DNA from: an uncultured Elusimicrobia bacterium | GTDB lineage: Bacteria > Elusimicrobiota > Elusimicrobia > 2-02-FULL-39-32 | Reading direction: 5' to 3' | DNA: 64,000 nucleotides | Assembly (NCBI GenBank): GCA_964523525.1 | Contig: CAZFYO010000001.1 | Coordinates: 65,068-129,067, forward strand | Shown: one piece after another, positions 10,245 through 18,214 of the stretch | How positions within the stretch are numbered: the first letter of the stretch is position 1 | Layout of the letters: each line of letters begins with the position of its first letter | Notes under the pieces: model-generated | What the model was told of the DNA's origin: nothing | The model's database searches: none | Seen by the model: the letters and a program-made list of their open reading frames with translations, nothing else | Translations under genes and position numbers: made by a program

Positions 10245-10589
10245 TCAGGTCCTGTTTACCAGAAAAATCATCGCTTCCTTCAGCCGCGCGCGGTGCGGCC
10301 CGTCATCCAGCAGGATTTCCACGCGCGGGTAATGCCCTCCGCTTCGCACCCCCGACACTTTCGCCGGGACGTCGCTGAACTGGTGTAGCTGTTCGATCGC
10401 AAACGTGAGGAAGACCCGCTCTTCGGGCACGAGCGTGAAGTAGGTTTCCAATTCTACAGAATCCTGCGAAATTTTAGAAATGCGGCCCCAGCCTTCGGGC
10501 GGACTCTGTTGGGCGAAGCGCAGGCCGCAGGGTATATCGGCCGCGACGGGATAATGCTGGACGGGTGTTTTGACGGGTTCGCTGCTCAT
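10245..10589 (-). CDS. Small hypothetical protein, possibly a degenerate PilZ-like beta-barrel
   Basis: 114 aa. GRISKISQDSVELET resembles the PilZ D/NxSxxG strand, but no RxxxR motif is visible. 4-nt overlap with the upstream gene. Confidence 0.4.
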   Translation of the reverse strand: MSSEPVKTPVQHYPVAADIPCGLRFAQQSPPEGWGRISKISQDSVELETYFTLVPEERVFLTFAIEQLHQFSDVPAKVSGVRSGGHYPRVEILLDDGPHRARLKEAMIFLVNRT

Positions 10590-11776
10590 GGGCCTTCTGG
10601 GATCGCCTCGCGCACGATGGCCGGAGGCTTTTCCGCCACGGTCCAGAAACGCTCGCCGTCGAACGCCGCCCCGACCCGCCTGGACCGGGTTTCGCCCATC
10701 GCCACGTATTTTTCCACGGTCAGCGACTGGGCTTTGAAGCCGTGCCTCAGCATCCGGTTCTGTCCGCCCTCGACGCTCCAGAGCGACGAGCCGTCCCAGA
10801 AAAGCGCCAGCGGCATACCGGGATAGTTAAACTCCGCTTCCACGGTCAACGCCTTATCCATCGCGTGGCGGTAGACCTTGCGCGTTCCGGAATCCGCGCT
10901 CCATAAATTTTTGCCGTCGAACACCATTCCGGCCGGATTGTTGCCGGGACCGCGCGCCGACTGCACGAGCTTCAGTTTTGTTCCGACCTCATACTTTCTC
11001 ATGTGATGAGCGGCCGACAATATCCACAGAAAATTCCCTTCCCATGTGATCGCCACCGGCTGGAGATCGGCGAGATGATAGACCGACTGCATGACGAAAC
11101 CTTCCGGCTGCGGGTCGTGTTTGTAAATGGATTGGGCGTACCAGTCGGCGATCCAGAAATACCGCCCCTGCAGGGCGATGGCCGAGGGGTGCGTGTAGGG
11201 AAGGGGGAACTGTTTTTCCGAGCGGTATTCGTCGCGCGCGGCTTTTTCGCGCGCTTTCATATCCATGCGGTATTTGACGGTTCCGCCGCCCGCGGCAAGA
11301 AATGCGAACATAACGGCGCTGATGATGAAATTCTTCTTTTTCCAGAAAGGGGATTTGGGCGGGAAGCGCACCGGCTCGGATTCCGCGCGCTCAATACCGC
11401 GCCGGAATATTTTTTCGAGATCGGATTCGAGTATCGACGGCTGGGCGCATTCCCAGGCGCCCGCGTTCATCAGTTCCAGCGCGCGGGCCATCGAATGTTT
11501 ATCGAGACCCACGATCGCGGCGGGCCTGGGGCCTGAACCGGAAGCGGACTTTAAGGCAGACTCAGATTTTGCCAATCCGGACAGAATTTCTTCAGCGGTC
11601 TTGCCGCCGTACTTTTCGGCGAGGATCAGGAGGTGGGTCTTTTCCTGCGCCAGCGTTTCGGCGAGCTTCGCGGAGTCGGGGCAGGGCTGAGATTTAATTC
11701 CGAGGGATTCCAGGACGGACGCGGCGGCGCTTTTAAGTTCACCTTCCGGAAGGAGCAGGACGGCGCGGCGCGGCAT
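10586..11776 (-). CDS. Receiver-like N-domain / TM / beta-propeller-repeat protein
   Basis: 396 aa. The N-terminal ~120 aa has a CheY-like alternation but reads VLLLPEG and HLLILAEKYGG where acidic residues are expected. One TM (FIISAVMFAFLAAGGG). Then five repeats of a hydrophobic-W...Y/R-H/E pattern (FWIADWYAQSIYKH, FLWILSAAHHMRKYE, NLWSADSGTRKVYRH, SLWSVEGGQNRMLRH, RFWTVAEKPPAIVRE). Confidence 0.6.
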   Translation of the reverse strand: MPRRAVLLLPEGELKSAAASVLESLGIKSQPCPDSAKLAETLAQEKTHLLILAEKYGGKTAEEILSGLAKSESALKSASGSGPRPAAIVGLDKHSMARALELMNAGAWECAQPSILESDLEKIFRRGIERAESEPVRFPPKSPFWKKKNFIISAVMFAFLAAGGGTVKYRMDMKAREKAARDEYRSEKQFPLPYTHPSAIALQGRYFWIADWYAQSIYKHDPQPEGFVMQSVYHLADLQPVAITWEGNFLWILSAAHHMRKYEVGTKLKLVQSARGPGNNPAGMVFDGKNLWSADSGTRKVYRHAMDKALTVEAEFNYPGMPLALFWDGSSLWSVEGGQNRMLRHGFKAQSLTVEKYVAMGETRSRRVGAAFDGERFWTVAEKPPAIVREAIPEGP

Positions 11777-13056
11777 CAGGGAGTGTCAAGCGAAACCGAT
11801 TCGTAGACGGGAAACCTGGCGAGGAACTTCGCGCCCGCGCCTTCCGCGGGCTCGATCGTCAACTCGCCGCCCATGAGAGCGATCCAGCGGAGCGCCTTGC
11901 TGAGTCCGAGCCCGGCCCGTCCCTTGCGCGTCGAAAAAAACGGCTGAAAAATTTTTTCGTGCAGGTGCTCGGGGATCCCGGGGCCGTTATCGGAAACGCT
12001 GAACCCCACCCAGGCTCCGCCCGGGTCCTTTTCCGTCTTGAGGCGCAGTTCGCGGGCTCCGCCGTCCGCCGCGTTCGCCGCCATTTCCTGAATTGCCAGG
12101 CCCAGGAGGTTCTCGTCCAGCATCACGGGCGCCGTCGCGCCTAAATCTTTTTGAACGTCCAGTTTGGACTGCTGGATCCACGCTTCGGAGGCGGCGAGCC
12201 AATGCTCGAGCGCGGCGCCGACGGTGACTTTTTCGGCTTTCAGCTCGGGCTGATGGTTCAGCTCCGCGAAACTTTGCAATCCCTCCTCCAGCTTTTCGAT
12301 GGCGCGCGATTTTTCGCTCAAAACCTGCGTGATGAACTCCGTATCATTTTGCTGCGGCAGCTTCCGGCTGCGCTCTTTAAGCAGCTGCGCGGTTCCGCCC
12401 AATCCGCCGATCTGGTTCTGGATGAACCCGGCGAGTCCGTTCATCAGCAGGCGCTCTTCGCTCACGATCAGCTGTTTTTGCCGGGCCATCAGGCGGTAGA
12501 GCTCCGCGAAGAGCCGCTCTTTGACTTCCGACTTGTCTGCGCTGGATTTTTCGCGCATCATCACGACGGTTTCGGCCCAGTCCTGGACGTGTTTTTTGAA
12601 ATCGTTGTCGACGCTATCCATTTCGCGCTTCAAAATCTCGCGGCGCTGTTCCAGGGTTTCCACGTTCCAGACCCACTGCCCGCGGAGCCGCGCCTGGTCC
12701 CCGCGCAGCTGCGAGGAGCGCTTCTCGAGACGCTCCACCTCTTCGTTCAGCTCCAAAATTTTGCGGTTGGCGGATTCGGCCGCGACTTTCGCCTCGAGGT
12801 TTTCGCGCTTCAGGCCGGCCACCTCGCGCTCCAGGTCGGCCAGGCGGAACTTGGCTTCCTCTCCGGAAATGTTGGACAGCCGTTTCAGAATGCTGATTTC
12901 ATCTTCGTAAACCTGTTTCTGTTTCTCGAGGCCGCGCTCCTCTTCCGCCACGCGCGCCTGCAGCTCCTCGAGCGTCTTCAGCCGATTTTCGTCGGAGATG
13001 TGGCTGCGCAGCTCGGCGAAGAGCTGGAATATCGCTTTGCCTTTCGGCCGCGTCAC
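11776..13056 (-). CDS. Soluble coiled-coil protein with a histidine-kinase-type ATPase domain; H-box histidine apparently missing
   Basis: 426 aa, GTG start overlapping the upstream stop (GTGA). About 200 aa of heptad-like E/K/R/L sequence. C-terminal HATPase_c motifs are present (N-box EMAANAADGG, G1 SDNGPGIP, G2 GRAGLGLS). The segment where the H-box should lie reads LAGFIQNQIGGLGGTAQLL, with no His. Confidence 0.75.
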   Translation of the reverse strand: MTRPKGKAIFQLFAELRSHISDENRLKTLEELQARVAEEERGLEKQKQVYEDEISILKRLSNISGEEAKFRLADLEREVAGLKRENLEAKVAAESANRKILELNEEVERLEKRSSQLRGDQARLRGQWVWNVETLEQRREILKREMDSVDNDFKKHVQDWAETVVMMREKSSADKSEVKERLFAELYRLMARQKQLIVSEERLLMNGLAGFIQNQIGGLGGTAQLLKERSRKLPQQNDTEFITQVLSEKSRAIEKLEEGLQSFAELNHQPELKAEKVTVGAALEHWLAASEAWIQQSKLDVQKDLGATAPVMLDENLLGLAIQEMAANAADGGARELRLKTEKDPGGAWVGFSVSDNGPGIPEHLHEKIFQPFFSTRKGRAGLGLSKALRWIALMGGELTIEPAEGAGAKFLARFPVYESVSLDTP

Positions 13057-14504
13057 GGGATCACCAGCTCTTCGTTCTCTTTGGGCACGCCGCGGATGAT
13101 CTTGGCCTCGTTAACGTCGTAAATCACCTGCCATTGGTTGGGGTCGCCGTAATATTTCTGCGCGATGCCCCGCAGGGTATCGCCCGGCGCGACGCGGTGT
13201 TTGCGCACGTCGCCCGAGAACGGCGGCCGCGTTTCGACTTTTGGGTTCGCCCGCTCTTCCTTTCGGGTAAGCTTGGCTTTCTGCTCCTGCAGTTTTTTCA
13301 GCTCTTCTTCGCTCTTTTTCAGTTCTTCTTCCCGGTCTTCAATCGTGTTCTCAAGCTCCTGAAGCTCCTTCATCGCCTTTTCGCGCTTTTCGCGCGCGAG
13401 TTCCAGGTCCGACTGCATGGCTTCGTACAATTCTTTCGATTCGCGGATCGATGTTTTCAAAGTATCGTGTTTCGATTCGAGGTTCGTGACCTTGTTTTCA
13501 ACCTCGTCCGCTTTTTCGAGACGCTCCTGGTAAAAATATTGCGCGAGCAATGGCGTTCCGAAACGGTACGTCACCGCCACGAGCACCCGGTCGTTGGGTT
13601 TGGACATTTTTTCGACCTGGAAACCGTAGCCGATGTCGAGCTGGACGGGCGGCAGCACCGCGCCCAGGCCGATGGTGAGCTGGCGCGCCTGGTCGGCGGC
13701 CTTGGTGGAGCCCAGCCGGAGCAGGAGGAGCCGGCGGAAGAACGCGATCTCCAGGCCCGGCTGAAAACTGCCGACGCCGTTTTCCACCACGAAATCGAGG
13801 GAAAGCGTGGACTGCGGATTTTTCCAGGCCGCGCCGAACCGATAGAGGACGGGCGACGATATGGACTTCATGTTCATCTCCTGGATCGCAATGGCCGTGG
13901 ACCATCCACTGGTGAGAGGCATCTCGCCTTCGTTGAATTTGTAGAGGAAGCCCAAGTCGATGCCCGCGCCGAAACCGCCGTTATCGCCGCCGCGGTCGCG
14001 CATCCGGAACGTGAGGCCCGTGCTCAGGTTCTGCAGCTCTTTTAAGATTCTCGTTCCCGCGGGCAGCACGTCCATGATGTTCGTTCCGAACGAGGCGCCG
14101 AACGTCGTGTAGGTTGCCTCGCCCTCGCGCCCGGTGCGGTGCAGCATCATGCCGGCGGTCCCGTATTTCCAGTAGGGTCTGTACGCTTCCAGGGGAAGGA
14201 CGCCGGCCACGTGGATTTCGCTCTGCGGAAAGGGATATTCGGAGTAGGATCGCCCGGCCAGGCCCGCCACTTCAATGTGTTTCACGTTGCCGAGTCCCGC
14301 GGGATTAAAGAACATCGCGTTGTAATCGTTGCCCACCGCGGAAAAACCGTTGCCCATGGCGAAAGCACGTGCGGATTCGGGCCGCGGGCTCACGGCTTGC
14401 GAATCATAAGGGAGAAAAATGGCGGAAGCCAGGCCGAGGGCGGCCCATAAAACCCGTCCCCGGATGAATCGGCTCGAAGAAATTTCAGCGATGTGAGTTT
14501 TCAA
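13053..14504 (-). CDS. PorV-like outer-membrane beta-barrel fused to a coiled coil and a C-terminal LysM domain
   Basis: 483 aa with a signal peptide (VLWAALGLASAIFLPYDSQA). Carries the N-terminal motif ARAFAMGNGFSAVGNDYNAMFFNPAGLG shared with three other barrels in this window. The barrel ends ...VAVTYRF. An ~90-aa E/K-rich coiled coil follows, then LysM-like HRVAPGDTLRGIAQKYYGDPNQWQVIYDVN. TTG start. Confidence 0.7.
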   Translation of the reverse strand: MKTHIAEISSSRFIRGRVLWAALGLASAIFLPYDSQAVSPRPESARAFAMGNGFSAVGNDYNAMFFNPAGLGNVKHIEVAGLAGRSYSEYPFPQSEIHVAGVLPLEAYRPYWKYGTAGMMLHRTGREGEATYTTFGASFGTNIMDVLPAGTRILKELQNLSTGLTFRMRDRGGDNGGFGAGIDLGFLYKFNEGEMPLTSGWSTAIAIQEMNMKSISSPVLYRFGAAWKNPQSTLSLDFVVENGVGSFQPGLEIAFFRRLLLLRLGSTKAADQARQLTIGLGAVLPPVQLDIGYGFQVEKMSKPNDRVLVAVTYRFGTPLLAQYFYQERLEKADEVENKVTNLESKHDTLKTSIRESKELYEAMQSDLELAREKREKAMKELQELENTIEDREEELKKSEEELKKLQEQKAKLTRKEERANPKVETRPPFSGDVRKHRVAPGDTLRGIAQKYYGDPNQWQVIYDVNEAKIIRGVPKENEELVIP

Positions 14505-14513
14505 TACATTTTT

Positions 14514-14541
14514 ATTCTATCACAATCCAAAAAAAGGTCAA
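14514..14541 (-). promoter_or_regulatory. Candidate sigma70-type promoter for the minus-strand envelope operon
   Basis: The minus strand reads TTGACC (14541-14536), a 16-nt spacer, then TGATAGAAT (extended -10, hexamer 14519-14514). Caveat: it sits only about 10 nt upstream of the TTG start at 14504, implying an almost leaderless mRNA, so either the start or the promoter call may be wrong. Confidence 0.35.
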
Positions 14542-14604
14542 AGCTTCGCGCGGGGGCGCGCCAAAATGCCGCCCCGGATTATTTTGTACAATCACGAAAT
14601 CCAA

Positions 14605-15120
14605 ATGAAAAAACAGGCCGCCTTCATCGCTTTGGGGAGCAATCAGGGAAACCGGCTGGCCAACCTGCGCCGCTCCTTGGTTTTATTAAGGAAGGATGGG
14701 GCCATCGGTCCTTTGCGGCAATCCAAAGTCTATGAGACGTCACCGCTGGGGCCGCGACAGAGGGATTTTCTGAACGCCGTGGTCCGGATGGAAACCGTTT
14801 TAGGTCCCGAAGCCCTGCTGGGCCGGCTTAAAAAGATCGAGGGCGTTTTGGGCCGGAAAAGCGCCCGCAAAAGGAAAAAGTGGGGCCCGCGGCCCATCGA
14901 TCTCGACATTCTATTCATCGGGAAATTGCGGATGAAATCGCGCCGTTTGACGGTTCCTCACCCGCGCTATTCGGACCGGAAGTTCGTGCTTCGGCCCCTG
15001 GCGGACATCGCGCCGCGCCTCAAGCCGCCCGGCTCATACCGCACCATCCGCCAAATCCTTTCTTCATTGACAGACGGGGGCCAAAAAGTTAAACTTTTCA
15101 GAGGAAAAATCCTTCCATGA
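14605..15120 (+). CDS. folK: 2-amino-4-hydroxy-6-hydroxymethyldihydropteridine diphosphokinase
   Basis: MKKQAAFIALGSNQGNRLANL... plus RKKWGPRPIDLDIL and LTVPHPR motifs typical of HPPK. Internal ATG at 14605 chosen over the ORF start at 14566. Confidence 0.85.
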   Translation: MKKQAAFIALGSNQGNRLANLRRSLVLLRKDGAIGPLRQSKVYETSPLGPRQRDFLNAVVRMETVLGPEALLGRLKKIEGVLGRKSARKRKKWGPRPIDLDILFIGKLRMKSRRLTVPHPRYSDRKFVLRPLADIAPRLKPPGSYRTIRQILSSLTDGGQKVKLFRGKILP

Positions 15121-15136
15121 CCCACGGGCGAACATC

Positions 15137-15970
15137 ATGAATAAAATAACCATCACCACGCTATCCGATATGAAAAAAAAGGGCGAAAAGATCACCGCCC
15201 TCACCGCCTATGACGCCGCCACCGCCAAAATTTTGAATGAATGCGCCGTAGAAATCGCGCTGGTCGGCGACTCGGTCGGCAACGTCAAACTCGGTTACGA
15301 AAACACGGTCCCCGTGACCATGGACGAGATGCTGCATCATGTAAAGGCGGCGAAACGCGGCAACAGCGCGGCTCTTCTGGTCGCGGATATGCCGTATCTT
15401 TCCTATCAGCTTTCCGCGAATGACGCTAAAATTAACGCCGGCCGGTTGATCAAGGAAGGCGGCGCGGAAGCCGTGAAGCTCGAAGGCGGCATCGAAGTGG
15501 CGCAGACCATCAAGGCTTTGGTGGACATCAACATTCCGGTGATGGGCCATCTGGGGCTGACGCCGCAGGCCATCTACAAGATGGGCGGCTACAAGATGCA
15601 GGGAAAATCCGAAGCCTCGCGCGAGAAGATGGTCACGGACGCGAAAGTGCTGGAAGGCGCGGGCGTGTTCGCCATCGTGCTCGAATGCATCCCGTCCGAT
15701 CTTGCTAAGGAGATCACCCGCAAAGTTTCCGTTCCCACGATCGGCATCGGCGCGGGGCCCCATTGCGACGGCCAGGTGCTCGTTACCGACGATCTGCTTG
15801 GCCTCACCGAAGATCCCGTTCCCAAATTTGTGAAGCGCTACGCGAACCTGCGCGACGAGATCAAAACCGCCGTGAAAAAATTTCAGGATGAAGTCCGGTC
15901 CCAGAAGTACCCGTCCGATCAGCCGCAAAAAGCGCCCGAATCATCGCCGTCAAAATCTCCGCGCTTTTAA
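15137..15970 (+). CDS. panB: 3-methyl-2-oxobutanoate hydroxymethyltransferase
   Basis: 277 aa. KITALTAYDAATAKIL, VGDSVGNV and VKLEGG motifs. Confidence 0.95.
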   Translation: MNKITITTLSDMKKKGEKITALTAYDAATAKILNECAVEIALVGDSVGNVKLGYENTVPVTMDEMLHHVKAAKRGNSAALLVADMPYLSYQLSANDAKINAGRLIKEGGAEAVKLEGGIEVAQTIKALVDINIPVMGHLGLTPQAIYKMGGYKMQGKSEASREKMVTDAKVLEGAGVFAIVLECIPSDLAKEITRKVSVPTIGIGAGPHCDGQVLVTDDLLGLTEDPVPKFVKRYANLRDEIKTAVKKFQDEVRSQKYPSDQPQKAPESSPSKSPRF

Positions 15971-15984
15971 GCACCCGCGTCCCG

Positions 15985-16854
15985 ATGATCCTGGCCATCC
16001 CGCTGATTCTCATCGCCATCGCTCTGGCGTGGGGTTGGTTTTCGTCCGGCATCATCATCCGCCAGCCGCGCCTCGCCAACGAGTTCAATCCGAAATCCTT
16101 CGGTTACGCTTACGAAACGTTTAAGGTCCTGACGGCCGATAAAGTCGAGCTGGTGGGATGGTTCGTGCCGGCGAAGTCACCTTCAAAATCCACGATCATC
16201 ATCAACCATGGCTGGGGCGCCAACCGCAGCGATATCCTGGGGACCTCCATATTCCTCGCGGGGAAATACAATCTGGTCTACTACGACTTCCGCAACCACG
16301 GCAATTCGGGCGGCAGCCAGACGTCGCTCGGCCGGCTCGAAGTCACGGATTTTTTGACTATCATTCAGTACGTGAAGAGCCAGAAAAAGGAGTTCTCCGA
16401 AAAGCTGGCGGTCCTCGGATTTTCTTTGGGGGGCGCGGTGGCGATCACGGGGGCCGCTCTCAATCCGGAAGTTATGGCCGTCGCGGCGGAAAGTCCGTTC
16501 GCTTCTTACAAGGAAGTTGTGTACCGTTACGGCACGAAGTTTTTTTACGCGCCGCGCTTCATGATTCCCATCACTTTGTTTTTCGCGCAGCATCGCCTCG
16601 GTTTCGACCCGGACGAATATTCACCGTTGCACCACGTTTCCAGGCTGGGCTCGCGCCCGCTCTTCATTATTCAGGGCGGTTCGGATGAGCGAATGCCCGT
16701 CAGCGAGGGTCAGCGCCTGATGGATCTGGCCCCGGGGCCCAAGGAGCTTTGGGTCGTGGGCGAGGCTGGCCACATTGGCGCAAAAGAGGTCAATCCGGCG
16801 GAATACGAGAGGCGGGTTTTGGAGTTTTTTGACAAGGCGCTCGGGTCCAAGTGA
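15985..16854 (+). CDS. Alpha/beta-fold hydrolase with an N-terminal membrane anchor
   Basis: 289 aa. N-terminal TM, nucleophile elbow GFSLGG, and later acid/His contexts (GGSDERMP, GEAGHIG). Confidence 0.8.
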   Translation: MILAIPLILIAIALAWGWFSSGIIIRQPRLANEFNPKSFGYAYETFKVLTADKVELVGWFVPAKSPSKSTIIINHGWGANRSDILGTSIFLAGKYNLVYYDFRNHGNSGGSQTSLGRLEVTDFLTIIQYVKSQKKEFSEKLAVLGFSLGGAVAITGAALNPEVMAVAAESPFASYKEVVYRYGTKFFYAPRFMIPITLFFAQHRLGFDPDEYSPLHHVSRLGSRPLFIIQGGSDERMPVSEGQRLMDLAPGPKELWVVGEAGHIGAKEVNPAEYERRVLEFFDKALGSK

Positions 16855-17159
16855 TCTACGTCTGCGAGGCGGATTTAAGGGAAGGGGAACTGCGCGGCCT
16901 CAAAGTCGAAGGCCAATGGCTGCTGGTCGCGCTCCACAAAAACATCTATTACCTGCTGGATGCCGCCTGCGCCCATTCGGGGTATCCCCTGCACGACTCC
17001 AAGCGGTTGAACGCGGAGGGAGTCATCACCTGCCCGCTGCATTACGCGCAGTTTGATTGCATGACTGGAAAGGTGGTGTCAGATCCCGCGATTTGCGACA
17101 ATCAACCGACGTTCAAGGTGGAAGTGAAAGAAGGGAAGGTTTACTGGATTAACGGCTAA
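16851..17159 (+). CDS. Rieske [2Fe-2S] domain protein
   Basis: 102 aa. CAHSGYPL...CPLHYAQFD matches the CxH...CxxH Rieske ligand pattern. GTG start overlapping the upstream stop (GTGA). Confidence 0.75.
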   Translation: MIYVCEADLREGELRGLKVEGQWLLVALHKNIYYLLDAACAHSGYPLHDSKRLNAEGVITCPLHYAQFDCMTGKVVSDPAICDNQPTFKVEVKEGKVYWING

Positions 17160-17718
17160 ACTCGGCGGAGTCGTCGGGGTCGATGCCGGCATTTTCGGTG
17201 GACCCTGCGACTTTGTAGGTGTCCAAAGTGGTGACGGGTTTCCCTCCGTTCAGGTTCTTGTAGTAATCCTCGAGTTCCTTGTAGCTCCCCAGAAAAAACT
17301 GCCTCCAGGCGCGAAACGTCATGGATTCCACGCCCAGCTCCTGCTTCGACCGCTTCATGCGGATCTTGCAGAGGAAGTGCCCGCCCTGTTTCATGGCTTC
17401 GGCCAGCGCCTTTTCGATGAAGGGCGTCATGTCGTCCATGATGGGGTCCGTCGCCTCCCGCCGGACGACGATGGTCGCGATGGGTTCCACGTGCGCCTTC
17501 ACGCTGTAGAAGCCCTGCCAGGCCTTCCACTGGTACGGCGCGAAGAGTTTTCGCTCGCAGCGCTCCGTCACGATCACGCTCGCGGTGTCCGTGACCGCCT
17601 CGTACTTCTGCTGAAGCCCGAAGGTGTCCACTTCCACCGTGATCGCCCGCGCAGGTCGCGCTCCGATCGAGCAGAAAATTAAAAAAACAGCTGCCGCCGG
17701 CAGAAATTTTCGAATCAC
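17149..17718 (-). CDS. Hypothetical secreted protein
   Basis: The ORF extends to 17781, but a GTG at 17718 gives a signal-like N-terminus (VIRKFLPAAAVFLIFCSIGARPARA) and avoids a 40-nt overlap with the upstream gene. The start is uncertain. Confidence 0.5.
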   Translation of the reverse strand: MIRKFLPAAAVFLIFCSIGARPARAITVEVDTFGLQQKYEAVTDTASVIVTERCERKLFAPYQWKAWQGFYSVKAHVEPIATIVVRREATDPIMDDMTPFIEKALAEAMKQGGHFLCKIRMKRSKQELGVESMTFRAWRQFFLGSYKELEDYYKNLNGGKPVTTLDTYKVAGSTENAGIDPDDSAEFSR

Positions 17719-17741
17719 GCGTCCGATTATATCATTTCGCG

Positions 17742-17996
17742 CTAATAACCCTTTTGCTTCAGCCAGTAAAGAAGCGCGCACATCCCGGCAAAAATGCCCA
17801 GCATCCAGGCCCAGTCATCGATGAAATAAGGATAAACCATCATGATGATTCCGAAAATCAGGAAAATGGGCCGCGAGCGTTTGCGGCCGTATCGAAAAAA
17901 TACAAATCCCGCGCCGCTGACCATCATGGAGCCCACCAGACCGCCGAAGCTGAAATTCATATTGATGGATTCCATTGTAGAAAAACTCAAGGCCAA
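17742..17996 (-). CDS. Small hypothetical membrane protein
   Basis: 84 aa with two or three hydrophobic helices. No family recognised. Confidence 0.45.
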   Translation of the reverse strand: MALSFSTMESINMNFSFGGLVGSMMVSGAGFVFFRYGRKRSRPIFLIFGIIMMVYPYFIDDWAWMLGIFAGMCALLYWLKQKGY

Positions 17997-18099
17997 ATAC
18001 CCGCTTTATGCTCTCGCCGGGGGGAGTCTTTCTCCTTGCCTACCGATTGCAAAATTGCTACCATATTGCGAGTTTATCGACGGTATTTGACAGATTTAT

Positions 18100-18178
18100 G
18101 GCGCCATCGTCTAGCCTGGTTTAGGACGCCGCCCTCTCAAGGCGGAGATCACGGGTTCAAATCCCGTTGGCGCTACCA
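18100..18178 (+). tRNA. tRNA-Glu (anticodon CTC), CCA encoded
   Basis: Hand-folded cloverleaf. Acceptor GGCGCCA pairs with TGGCGCT (G1:U72 wobble). Anticodon arm is CCGCC-CTCTCAA-GGCGG, giving anticodon CTC. T arm is ACGGG-TTCAAAT-CCCGT. Discriminator A is followed by CCA. The D arm GTCTAGCCTGGTTTAGGAC resembles tRNA-Glu. Confidence 0.9.
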
Positions 18179-18214
18179 TATGAGAAGTAAATTTTGGGGG
18201 AAAAGGATTTTTTC

